The position numbers and the translations under genes are program-made. The notes under the pieces are model-generated. The model had not been told where the DNA came from. It searched no databases and was given only the letters and a program-made list of their open reading frames with translations. A stretch of DNA of 62,959 nt, filler included, from Licmophora abbreviata (taxonomy: Eukaryota), in assembly GCA_900291995.1 (NCBI GenBank). It is 16 parts of 16 records of this genome, joined end to end, with 100 filler letters (N's around TTAATTAATTAA, not from the genome) between each part and the next. Parts side by side here need not be neighbours in the genome. Positions count along the whole stretch, not along the records: positions 44,786 to 47,800 come from OLMU01004309.1; positions 47,901 to 54,272 come from OLMU01004310.1; positions 54,373 to 58,044 come from OLMU01004311.1; 13 more parts are not named here. One strand, given 5' to 3'. The stretch's first letter is position 1; every line of letters begins with the position of its first letter. Shown piece after piece: positions 45,287-56,329 of the stretch.

Positions 45287-46670
45287 CTAACAACACGACC
45301 CAGCCGTACTCGCTCCCTTACCACTGCTCGCAGCACTCATCTCGCTACTGCCATCGTAGGGCATGCTACTGCCGCATCCCTCAAAGATTCCATAATGCGT
45401 ATCGAAATCACCCACAAACTCAAAATGCTCCTTGAGACTGGTCTGTGCCAACATATTCCACGTGTTTCCACAGACCGTCATGAACTTTCCAGTCTGAAAG
45501 TAGTGATGCTTGTCCAGCAACCACCCCGCCGGATAGCGAGGCAGACTGCCCTTGTATCGCACAGCCTGTCCATAATCTTCACAATGAGGTTCGAGGGAAT
45601 CCAACTTCCACAGGCGGTAGGTGGCACTGTAGAATTCCAATGCTGCTCCCGAGCCGCACTCACGAATGGTCCGTTTGACTGCATCGTTTTGAATGGTAAT
45701 GGGACTATCCTCGACGAGTCGAGGATCTCGAAAGCCCACCTTGCGCGCAAGATTTTCAAAGTCATTCCAATACAAGGCTCCCGACAAGCACTCCCCCCAG
45801 AGCACAGGATCGTCTCGGAGTGTCTGAGGCACACGACTGTTGGAATAGACATCGGAAAAGTACAATTCACCACCCGGTTTGAGTAGTTTGAGACAATGCT
45901 GGAGCACTGCCTCCTTGTCTTGACATAGATTGATAACACAGTTGGAGATGATGACATCAAAGGTTCCTTCCTGGAGTTCTGTAATTTGATCGAGGGTCTC
46001 CAGCTTGCCCTTGTAAAATTGTACGTTATCAAAGCCAAATTTCGTCTTGTGATATTCTTGCGTCTCGATTGCAACATCCAACTGTTCCTGCGTCATATCC
46101 ACTCCCACCACCTTTCCTTGAGTCCCCACCAGCTGCGACGCAATGTAGACATCCCTCCCTGCCCCACAGCCCAAGTCGAGTACAGTCTTGGCGGTGAGAT
46201 CGTATTGCGGGAGACAGAGTCCACATCCATAGTACTTTTGAAGGACGGTCGGATGAATGTTGGAAATACACTGTTGAATGTAATCAGGAGGAGCACCAGC
46301 AGTGCAGCAGGCGTTGGTTTGCAAGTCGTCGGACGTCTGAAGCGTCTTGCCGTAGTAATCGCTCACTTGATCGTGGAGGAGTGAGGAGGAAGAAGAAGAA
46401 GATGGACTGGTGGTTTCGTCGACTGCTTAGACAAAAACGAAAGTGATAAAGTGATGAATGAGACCAACGAGAAAGAGTTGGTAGACATTTTCAGTGTTCA
46501 AAAAAGTACGTACCAAACAACAAGGGTTCGTCGCTGCGGGTGGCCGCCAATTTCAGAAATTGGCTACTGCTGCGAAGAGGCGTGAATGCCACTGCTGCAT
46601 TCTTATTTTTGATAGTCTGATGGACCGAGATGAGGCCCACGACAACCGTCGACGAACGTAGAGTCTTCAT
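45287..46670 (-). CDS. arsM: Arsenite S-adenosylmethionine methyltransferase (ArsM/AS3MT); intron 46423-46513
   Basis: DYYGKTL, NACC, YYGCG, VLDLGCGAGRD, IISNCVINL, WGECLSGAL and C-terminal CC. A phase-1 GTACGT..CAG intron links an upstream exon starting MKTLRSS at 46670. Confidence 0.92.
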
Positions 46671-47168
46671 ATTCAATAGAATGTGATTCTTGTAGTATCG
46701 TGCTAGACTACGATTGATTGCAATGATTGATGAAACAATCAATCGACAAGCTGTTTCTCTCTCTTTTCTTGTTGGACACGTCAATCGATCGATGATTGAG
46801 CAGAACTCCGAATTCCATGCGACCATGTTGATATTTATATTAACGATATTAATCATTGAATAGTTATACTGAATACATCCTACAGACATAAAGACGGTTG
46901 TTTCTATCATTGTCGGCATTGTCTGTACAAAGAATACCAACAGCTACGTAGAAAACAATAGAAAATGAATCGGCGATTGACCCAGTTTTGCAACGCATAC
47001 GTCCACGAACACGATCGATCCGTAATAGGTATGGCGAGATCGACGATGAGAGATTGGAAGTCAAGTCTGTTGTCGTGTTTTCAACCAGTAGTAGAAGAAC
47101 GAAATACTCCTACTAATTACAACACGAATTGCAGCACCACTCGCAGTTTACCCAAGCTCCATTCGACC

Positions 47169-48493
47169 ATGAGTCCTCCCGAGTCTGCCACCGACGTGCA
47201 AGCCCCCGCACCAAAATCACCGACTGAAACAGAAAGCCTGTCGCCCACTGCTACGAGATCACCCGCATCAACGCCATCAACAACGCCAAAGGCAACAACA
47301 ACGACTGCTCCACCACAGCTGGAGTGCGACTACGACGTGAACCCCACCTACTTGTACCAAGCCATCGAAGCCGCCCAGTGGGAACACTGCAAGACCATTC
47401 TCGTAGAATCCACCAACAAGCACGAACAGACCTGCACCTGGGTGGTCCGGAAGGAACCCAATGGAAAACTCAGGTGGAGACTCCTCCCGCTCCACGCCGC
47501 CGTCATCTTCAAGGCTCCTCTCGACATTCTAGAAACACTCTTGCAAGAGTACCCGACTGCCGCACAGCTCAAAGACGACCAGGGCATGCTGCCTCTCCAC
47601 TTGGCCTTCCGCAACGCTGCTGCCTGGGACATTGTCGAAGAGCTCCTCACCGCAGACCCCACCGCCATCCACACCAAGGATCGCAAGGGCCGAATCCCCG
47701 TGCACTGCGCCACCTCCTCCTCCCAAATGGCCAAACCAGCATCGGTACTCGAACTCTACACTCAGATTGCACTCGGCGCCGAACGCCAACGCAACGCCAA
47801 NNNNNNNNNNNNNNNNNNNNNNNNNNNNNNNNNNNNNNNNNNNNTTAATTAATTAANNNNNNNNNNNNNNNNNNNNNNNNNNNNNNNNNNNNNNNNNNNN
47901 AATGGGAACAGCAGCAACAAGGTCTTCAAGTCCAGCTGGACGAGACGCAAGAAGCACTCCGAGAGTCCCATCAACAGTTGCTCGAAGCGCGTCAAGAACT
48001 AGTCGAAAAACAAGTCATGGAAGAAGAACTCACCCTCAAACTCACCCAAGTCACGGAAGCACTGCAGCGTGTCACGGAAGCACAGCAGTCGCAATCCAAA
48101 CTCGAATCCACCAAGACGCAGCAACGAGAACGATTGCAATCGGAACACAATGAAGAGTTGGTGGCCCTCGTGCAGACCTTGATGGAGCAGAATTTCTCCA
48201 TCAAGGCCATGTTGCAGAAATCGCATGCGGAAGCTTCATTGAAACTGTCCAAATGGAAAGAGGGTGTAGAAATAGCGACGCATCCAAAGAATGGCATCGT
48301 AGCTCCTCCTCCACCACCACCGCCGAGTAGTGAACTGTCTGTCACGGACATTCCGCATGCCAGTACGGGCTTGAGTACGCCGTCGTTGCGGCAGGCGGGA
48401 CCAGTCATGTCCAGTGACATGAGCAGTAGTACCACCATGATGCGCAAGGGTGATTCCACCAAGGTGGATCCCATTGGAACATTGAATGAGTGA
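47169..48493 (+). CDS. Ankyrin-repeat plus coiled-coil protein (same family), interrupted by linker 47801-47900
   Basis: ECDYDVNPTYLYQ, KLRWRLLPLHAAVIFKAP, DDQGMLPLHLAFR and KDRKGRIP; a Gln/Glu coiled coil continues after the gap. Confidence 0.83.
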
Positions 48494-48598
48494 GGTGTGG
48501 AAGAAAGGAACGAGTGCTGCCTACTCTCTCTTGTAAACATGCATTTTGAACAGTGGTAATCGTTAGTAGGAGTCCTATGCGTATTCTACTCTAGAATA

Positions 48599-50515
48599 CT
48601 AGCCACGTCCAACAAACGGCATGTTTGTTGCCATGACGGTCAAGTGCAGTACATTTGCTTCCAACGGAAGGTTCGCCATTGTCCAGAAAGTCTCAGCTGC
48701 ATCGTCCATGGTCATCATGGGCTCTTCCAGATGGGATCCATTCGCTTGAAGGGCTCCTTGTCCAACTTTGTTGGTAGTCAAGCTGATCTCACTCACAACA
48801 TTGCCAAAGTCAATTTGTCCACACGCGACATTGATCGCACGCCCATCAAGCGCAATGCATTTCGTCAGACCAGACAGTGCATGTTTCGAGGTCGTGTAGG
48901 GTGCAGAACCCGGCCGTGGAGTGTGAGCCGAGATGGATCCATTGTTGATGATTCTACCACCACGTCCGCTGTCGGCCATGAGCTTCATGGCGGCACGTGC
49001 ACACAAGAAGGGACCATAGACGTTGGTCTTTAATACTCGTTCAAAGTCTTCCACTTTCGTTGCTTCCACGCTTGCCGCAGGACTTGCGATTCCAGCATTG
49101 TTAAACAAGAGGTCGAGTGTGCCGTATTTTTGCCGGACAAGTTCAAAGAGCTTTTCCACGTCCCCTTGCACTGTAACATCCGTAGGAACACAGCAGTATG
49201 CACTGCTGGAGGACTCATTCTTAATCAAGCGTGCAGTTTCCTCCAGAGCTGACCTTCGTCTCCCCGCAAGTACCAAGACATTCCAACCTCCCTTGGCAAG
49301 ACGGATCGACACGGCACGCCCAATCCCGCTTCCCGCCCCCGTAACAACCGCCACCTTGGATTGCATGATGGGTGCTCCCATCGGTGCAGCAGCAGCATCC
49401 TCCACACTTGGTATGATTTCGATTCCCGGCGCAATCGCAGACGGAAAATCTGCAATATACTCTCGCACCAACAGTTCCGCCGTGGGAGCCGGTGGTATAC
49501 CCAATTGAATCGCCCGCGAGGCATCAATCTTCGTCGGAAAGCTTCCCACAATCTTGTTCAAACCATCATCTTCATCTAGTGGATAAGTAACGGTTCCCAA
49601 TTGGGCACGCGAGGACTCTGCGACAACCTTGAATCGCAGAGCATCCTCCAAGTCTCCGAGAGAGAGTGCTACTGCAGGCAAAAAGACGGTCCGATCAAAG
49701 CCGAGCGTCGTATCAATGGTCTCCTTCAGTGCATCGTGCAAAATTAGCATGGCCTGGATCGCTGCACGCTTGCCCGTGACGGCATGAAGCAGATTCCGAG
49801 CAATGGGTAAAGCAGTAGTACTTGTATTTGCATTCAGTGGTTCACGAACCACCGCACTGAAACAGGATGTCGTGGCAGCGTTGGGCGCTCCCGCCCGCAC
49901 CACAATGGTGGGCAATCGGAGACCACGAGCATCGACAAAGCCTCGTCTCGTATAGTCCGCCAAGAGGAGTTCACAACACGCCTTGGTGGTTCCGTAGGTC
50001 GTATGTGGAGTCGCCCGGGTGGAATCGCAAATCACATCATCTTTGGTAATATAGTCCGTGTCGGCTCCGGCTCCAATGGTGGCGCCGGCGGAAGCAAAAA
50101 TGAGTTTGACACGCTCGCTGCTGTTTCTGTTGTGAAAGTCCCGAGCGGCTTCCAGGATATTCAAAAAGCCAAACAAGTTTACATTCATGCACAAATCAAA
50201 GTCCCGTTCTCCATCGCCACTCATGACGGCACCAAGATGGAAAATCGAGACATGACTGTTGTCAGTATGGTGATCCAAAAGAAGACTCTTGCAAAAGGAG
50301 ACTTCCGCGACACTGCCAGTGACTCGCGTGACAATCCCAGAGTCTTCCAGGGCGGGAAATAATATGCTGGAAGGAAAGCGCACGTCGGCAAGAATGATTT
50401 TCGAAATGGAAATTGACACTTTTTCTGATTGAATCGATCCACGACGCAACAGTTCATTGGCAAGACACTGACCGAGAAAACCGCCACCGCCCGTCACGAT
50501 AACAGTGGCCATCAT
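48599..50515 (-). CDS. Fusion of a D-erythronate dehydrogenase (DenD)-like extended SDR and a classical SDR
   Basis: N-half: VTGGGGFLG, IFHLGAVMSGDGERDFDL, YGTTK, GFVDARGLRLPTIVVR.G.PNAA...S.VVREPL. C-half: VTGAGSGIG, LFNNAG, GGRIINNGSISAHTPRP, YTTSK, ACGQIDFGN, ending TVMATNMPFVGRG. Single open frame, no introns. Confidence 0.88.
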   Translation of the reverse strand: MMATVIVTGGGGFLGQCLANELLRRGSIQSEKVSISISKIILADVRFPSSILFPALEDSGIVTRVTGSVAEVSFCKSLLLDHHTDNSHVSIFHLGAVMSGDGERDFDLCMNVNLFGFLNILEAARDFHNRNSSERVKLIFASAGATIGAGADTDYITKDDVICDSTRATPHTTYGTTKACCELLLADYTRRGFVDARGLRLPTIVVRAGAPNAATTSCFSAVVREPLNANTSTTALPIARNLLHAVTGKRAAIQAMLILHDALKETIDTTLGFDRTVFLPAVALSLGDLEDALRFKVVAESSRAQLGTVTYPLDEDDGLNKIVGSFPTKIDASRAIQLGIPPAPTAELLVREYIADFPSAIAPGIEIIPSVEDAAAAPMGAPIMQSKVAVVTGAGSGIGRAVSIRLAKGGWNVLVLAGRRRSALEETARLIKNESSSSAYCCVPTDVTVQGDVEKLFELVRQKYGTLDLLFNNAGIASPAASVEATKVEDFERVLKTNVYGPFLCARAAMKLMADSGRGGRIINNGSISAHTPRPGSAPYTTSKHALSGLTKCIALDGRAINVACGQIDFGNVVSEISLTTNKVGQGALQANGSHLEEPMMTMDDAAETFWTMANLPLEANVLHLTVMATNMPFVGRG

Positions 50516-50644
50516 GCTGCTGGAGTAGACAATGTGTGATACGAAGTACTAGTCTAGAGTGTTTGTGTTGAAAGTTGCGTTGTTGAATGTGGTTGAAATT
50601 GAAACGCACGCGATCTTGTGTGTTTCGCGCCATCTTCGTTGTGC

Positions 50645-50662
50645 GACTCGACTCACTCGACT
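50645..50662 (+). promoter_or_regulatory. Candidate element GACTCGACTCACTCGACT in a 359-bp divergent intergenic region
   Basis: Exact match to 28553-28570; flanked by further GACTC-like units. Confidence 0.35.
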
Positions 50663-50874
50663 CTCATGACTCGACTGATTCGATTCCTACGAATCAATCG
50701 ACTTTGACGCAGCGTCGGACTGACGATGCAGAAAATTGAAAATTGAAAATTGAAAAACCAAAAAACAAAAAACGACACACCATGATGACAGGACGAAGGA
50801 CGACGACGATCTCACAACAACAAACACGCAACAACAACAAAGATCGTCATCTTCCAAACTCCTAGGCCACAACT

Positions 50875-52125
50875 ATGAAACCAGAGTTGGGCTTGGCCAT
50901 CGTAGGATGCGGTCAGATTGTGACTCATCATGTTGCTGCCATCATGACAGGGACAAATCCTGATACTCATCCGTTTGTCATTCGAGCCCTCGTGGATCCA
51001 TCATCCCACCGACGACAGGTCATTCGCGACTTGTTAGTATCCTACACGCAGGATCAGAAAACTGGTACCTCTGTTGCTGAGTTCGACCGTCTTTCAGAAT
51101 TGCTACAAGACCCGACTGTCCTTGCTACGGTCCACGTTATTTTCATTGCCGTCCCTCATGACTTGCACGAACCACTGGCCATGGAGGCACTGAGCAACAA
51201 CAATAATAAGATTGTAGTCATGGAAAAGCCACTGGAAAAGACATTGGAAGCTTGCAATCGACTTGTACAAGTATCATCATCGCTACAACAACAACAATCC
51301 TCTGCTTCTACATCCTCCTCCGGCAGCATGCTCATTGTAGCGGAACAGTCTCCCTATTGGCAAGAAGTCGTCTTGGCCAAGAAATTGGTTCAACAACCAC
51401 AAGAAGCTACTACTACTTCAATTGGAACTGTTGTTTCTGCCGCAGCCTACTATTATGAATCCATGCGTGACAATATCACCTCGGGTGATACATCACTGAA
51501 AGGAGGTCTGGGGTGGAGAGGATCCTTGGAACGAGCGGGGGGCGGTATTTGCATCGATGGTGGTTTGCATTGGATACGGCCTTTACGAGAAATCTTGGGA
51601 GGTCGTATCAGCAGAGTTGTGGGTGTCACGAGACGCAATTTGGCACCCCAACTGCAGTGTGAAGGAGAAGTCTTGGCGCATGCATTGTTTGAAATTGAAA
51701 CCACAGAAGAACCACCAGAAAGTGCCTTGTCGCAACCCAAGGGATCAGGACCACTCGTGGCAACCTATTCGTGCAATCTGTTGGCGACAGCACCCATGGC
51801 GCACGATGTCTGTCCGTACTTTCGAATTACTGGGACACAGGGTGAACTGGTCATTCATGGAGATGGCTTGTTTGTAGAAAAGCCGGGTGCGGGAGGATTG
51901 AGACTCTACAATGAAGAATATCCATTGGGTAAGGAGCTCTTTGATTCCAAGCGAATGGGAGGCTTCTTTTTAGGATTTGCGGCCTTATGGCAAGAAATTT
52001 ATAGAATTTGTGTCGAGGGAGATCAGGAGGCGGCTCACGAGACGGTTGTCCGCGCGGCGGATGATGTGAAGACTGTGTTGGCATTGTACAGGAGTAGTGC
52101 AAGTGGACAGTGGGAATCTACTTGA
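50875..52125 (+). CDS. Gfo/Idh/MocA-family NAD(P)-dependent oxidoreductase
   Basis: LAIVGCGQI, IAVPHDLH, VVMEKPL and WR...RAGGGICIDGGLHWI; no introns. Confidence 0.88.
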   Translation: MKPELGLAIVGCGQIVTHHVAAIMTGTNPDTHPFVIRALVDPSSHRRQVIRDLLVSYTQDQKTGTSVAEFDRLSELLQDPTVLATVHVIFIAVPHDLHEPLAMEALSNNNNKIVVMEKPLEKTLEACNRLVQVSSSLQQQQSSASTSSSGSMLIVAEQSPYWQEVVLAKKLVQQPQEATTTSIGTVVSAAAYYYESMRDNITSGDTSLKGGLGWRGSLERAGGGICIDGGLHWIRPLREILGGRISRVVGVTRRNLAPQLQCEGEVLAHALFEIETTEEPPESALSQPKGSGPLVATYSCNLLATAPMAHDVCPYFRITGTQGELVIHGDGLFVEKPGAGGLRLYNEEYPLGKELFDSKRMGGFFLGFAALWQEIYRICVEGDQEAAHETVVRAADDVKTVLALYRSSASGQWEST

Positions 52126-52508
52126 CTGACTACGAGTGAGTCTGATTGTGATCTGTAGGATGGTGGATAGACTATCTACAGTACCGGTACAGTACTGCAA
52201 CAAGCTATGATAGGGTGGTGCCAAAAACACTGATGTAGCTGATGCATAAGCTACGGAATTGTGATACGCATTGAACTGGAGTCTAGCTAGGTTCTGCACT
52301 ATGTTCAGCCTTACAGGAGAGAGTCTATACGTCCCCCCTACGAGCCGTAATAACGACTGTAACTCGAGACGAGATGAGATTCGATCCATGCCGTGTTGTC
52401 GGCGATGGCTCGTTTTTGGATAGAATCTGGAACTCAGCGTGGAAAAAACGGTGCGCGACTCTGCCATTTTCGTCATTGCTCAACCTGAAAAAAAACCAAA
52501 ATACAATC

Positions 52509-53683
52509 ATGTACAATGATGACTTGGCGACGCCGCTCCTCGCTGCACAAGGCTCCAAGGAGGACGTACGTAATGACGAAGAAGAGGGAGAGTTACGAAA
52601 CCGTGGTGATGCCGATGAAAACGATGGAGAATACGATTCAAACGAGGTCAGGGATCATGATGATGATGGCGGACCAGCATCGTGGCCTGTGGCAGCATGT
52701 CATACAGGGGCTTTTCTGACACGACCGCTTTGTCCAGAACCTGAAGACTGGTCGGATTTCTCCAGGGCAAAGCTTAGACTACTCAAATTTCTTGCTGTCA
52801 CTCTTCTTGGGATCGTCGCAACGCACAGATTCGTGACGTGGATGGTACGTTCGCACAAGGGACAGCCTATTTAGACTGACTAGCTACATCCCTAGATTAG
52901 ACCAAGCCGACATCACTCACACGCCCGCGCCATCCTTGTTTCTCATTCAAGAACTGGGANCATCGGACTGGTCTCGCGCTTTGTGATGTTTGGCTGTACG
53001 AAGGAAACTTGATACTTCTCGACCTGTTTGTGTTCTTTGTCGTAGGTCGCTTGCATGAATCGACGGGCGTCGATCACGTGGCCTTTGTATCAGTCATGCT
53101 GCTGAGTTCGTTGTATACGTCCGTGATTCCGAATCTTTCCTTTCTACAGCATTCCACTACGTTGTATGAGATCTTTTGCGTTTGGCCATGGCAGCTGTGG
53201 GTCTTTGCCGCGGTCTTGGTACTGCCAGTGTGTTTGGGGGTGGCGGTACTGCATGTGCGGTTCTGTCTACGACAGGGTTGTCTGTTGGAGAAACTTTCTG
53301 ACTTCGTGATCGCACTCCTTTTATTCCTGCTTCCTCCAATACTTCAACCGTCTTTTGAGTTTCACCACTACTATGCCGGATGGTTGATTGGAATGCATTG
53401 CAATCTCGACACCTGGTGGAGTAAGCTGTCCATGGGCTGGTGTTGGGGACAGTATGTCAATGGCATTGCCGTGTGGGGAAGAGACCCTATCTTGGTTTGT
53501 GCGTTTGCTAATTACATTGGTAAGCGGCAGCACTGCTTCATGGACGAGGGTGCCAACGTGGATGAGTCATCCTCGTGTTCCTATTGGGTCAACTACAACG
53601 ACGGACCACCCGCGCGTCCGCACAACGACTGGAGGAACTGCTCAGCGACATCCACGGACAGCATGTGGTCGATGGCTGGATGA
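52509..53683 (+). CDS. Multi-pass membrane protein of unknown function; intron 52845-52951
   Basis: The GTACGT..AAG intron joins exon 1 in frame to the 53009 ORF; several hydrophobic helices and an FHHYYAGWLIGMH motif. Confidence 0.72.
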
Positions 53684-53919
53684 CTTGTATAGTGTTATCT
53701 TATGAGTAGCCTATGTACGACTTAGACTAGAGTCGCCATTGAATGTGTACTATATGAAGAGACAAAGGATAGCTAGATATTCGAGGTGCAGGTCAAACTT
53801 CACGAGCTCTGAAAGACGGTACAAAATCTTCCATCTAATCTTCTCTATTTGAAATGTTCGGAACGACACAACAACCATCGCACCCTCACTCCTTCTTGTC
53901 TTGTTCTTCTTGCTCCACT

Positions 53920-54881
53920 ATGCGCATTCTGGCTACCCCACTGCTCTCGTGCTGTCTACTGATTGTTGTGAACCAAGTGCCATCAGTTTGGGCTTCCACG
54001 CTACTTCTGGATGACGTGTTGCAGTCAAGCGGTTTCACGCCCGACGACATCCGTCAAGTGCGCGACGGGAAACTGATTCGGGGAGTGGTGGAATCGACGA
54101 CGGATCTCGAACTTGCCGTCAAGTTTGCCTTCTTAGTGAAGGCTCCGGCGAGTGAGCTGAAAGAACTTTTCTTGTCTTCAGTACACAAGAAAGAAGTCGA
54201 TCTTTCGGTCAATGAGCTGGGCCACTTTCTGCATGAGGATGGGTCTATTGATCATCTTTCGGACCTCACGCTNNNNNNNNNNNNNNNNNNNNNNNNNNNN
54301 NNNNNNNNNNNNNNNNTTAATTAATTAANNNNNNNNNNNNNNNNNNNNNNNNNNNNNNNNNNNNNNNNNNNNGGCGAAAGGGGCTCTCCGGTATTCCTCA
54401 GTATGCGCGTTCCAGCAAGAAAGAGTACGATTCCGGCAAGGAGCTTCGACACAAGACGAAACTTGCCATGCTGAAAAAGTACGCCCCGGTGTTTCACAAG
54501 TACTTGATAGACTATCCGAAATCCAAGCCTGACGGTTTGGAAGAGACTTACTCTTGGACGAACAGCGACATTGACGGAAAGCCCACGATCGCTCTCGTTC
54601 ACAAGATGGGTCTCCTTCGCGACGACTTTTACGTCTTTTGCGAACGACACTACTATGTGAGTCGTTCGCACAATAGCATGCAGGGGATCGGGGGTGCCTT
54701 TCCAGTGGAGGACGGCAACACGGTCGTGTTTTACGTGGCGCGCACGTCGACCGACCAAGTCTCGGGCTTTGGAGGAGCGACCAAGCGGAGCATCGGGGCA
54801 CGAGTGATGGGATCGAAAATGGCCGAGAACTTTGACAGAGCGCGGCGTATCACAGCAAAACGTCAACAAGCGGAACTTTGA
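53920..54881 (+). CDS. Secreted protein of unknown function resembling bacterial hypothetical proteins; spans linker 54273-54372
   Basis: Signal peptide MRILATPLLSCCLLIVVNQVPSVWA; after the gap KGLSGIPQYAR...ERHYYVSRSHNSMQ...VVFYVARTSTDQVSGFGG. Confidence 0.7.
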
Positions 54882-55075
54882 CAGGAGCGCGACTCATGAA
54901 GACCGGCCTCGAAAACATGCGTTGTGGAAAGATCAAAGACATGCAACTGTAGATATTCTTGGAAGAAACGCACGCACACACACACACACATTCACTGTTT
55001 ACAAACACTAGCTAGCAGGTTTCATCCACCTAATTGAAGCGAGCATCTCTCCTGCACGCGCTGTGATCAAGACGA

Positions 55076-55770
55076 TCATTCCGACGCAACGGCCTCTGGC
55101 TTCAGTGTAAAGATATTGTCTTCCTCTGGTACATCCTCATCCAAGAGATTCTTGATGACTTCCAAGACAGCCTGTATACTATATCCTCCCTCTTTCACAT
55201 TGACCTTGGCCGGATCGTATCCTGCTTTTTTGAGCGCCTTGTTGAAGTTTGCCTCCGAAAAGTCCACTCCGTCAATGTGTTTGAGACGGACAATAAGAGC
55301 GTCTACTTCCTCCGGGTCGATGATGAAGTCCCGATCGTTGTCGCTTCGCATGACCACTCCAATCAAGTTTTGAATCACTTTGGCTTCAAGACTCTCCTGT
55401 GTGTTTGTATGGAAGAGTGAGTCAGTTTACGTAATTCGTGAGTCGAAGATTGGTGTGAGTACTGTGCGTATTCAGTATGGTCTCTCGTATGTTTTCCCTC
55501 GACAAAGCTAGGCTTCTGGAGCCCGCCTGATGATGCGACGCACCTTGACTTGTTCCTGAATCTTCCTGTACTCTTTGACCTGGGTGACTAGTTCGTCGAC
55601 AGATCGGCCCTGAAGGACGCTAATTTCCTCTAATTTCGCCTCGGTCGCCTTGAGTTTCGCGGCACTGTCCTCAAGCTGCTCGTTCTGTTCTTTCAGTCTG
55701 TCGTTTTCATCTTGCAGCTTGTTGACCTCTTCTCGCATCTCGTTGATCATCAAGCAAGCACAGCAGCTGC
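55076..55770 (-). CDS. Coiled-coil protein with a D.D.D (EF-hand-like) loop; intron 55397-55543; 5' end unresolved
   Basis: The GTGCGT..CAG intron joins QEQVK to ESLEAKVIQNLIGVVMRSDNDRDFIIDPEE in frame; upstream exon(s) not identified. Confidence 0.6.
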
Positions 55771-56329
55771 CCAGGATGTTTTTGAAGAGTAGAGACATGG
55801 TCAAGAGAGCAACAGAGAGACACGCAGGTAGTCTTTAAGGTTCGCTCTCAAGACAAGTGAAGAGTGAAAGGGGAGTGTGTCTGTGTTGTGTACGATAACA
55901 GTCATCCGTGCCGTGCCATCAGTCTTGTTGCGGCTGATGGCAAAAAGAGATGTCTGTCAGTCTGTCTCCTCTTTCCGAGCGGGAATGTCGCAGTGTTCTT
56001 CAACTTTGGCACAGAACCGCAGCACAAAATTCAAAATTCGAGAAAGGCATCTTCTTTCTTCTTGGCACTCTCTCATTTTGTGTGGCATGTGGAGGCTGCG
56101 ATCCTTTCCATCTGCTGGACAGACCTCTCTTCGTGGTACATATCATAGCCTCTAGAGGTGACTTAGAAGTACGATACCGTTAGTTGTGTAGGTCGAACAA
56201 AGAGAAACATACCGAGTACTACTCTACTACACTACTACTACAGTAGCGAGCAGACGACTACAAAGTCTACCATTTACACTTCAAGATCTAGCCGTCTCTC
56301 ACAACGGGGAACGCGCTGCAGGGCAAAGC

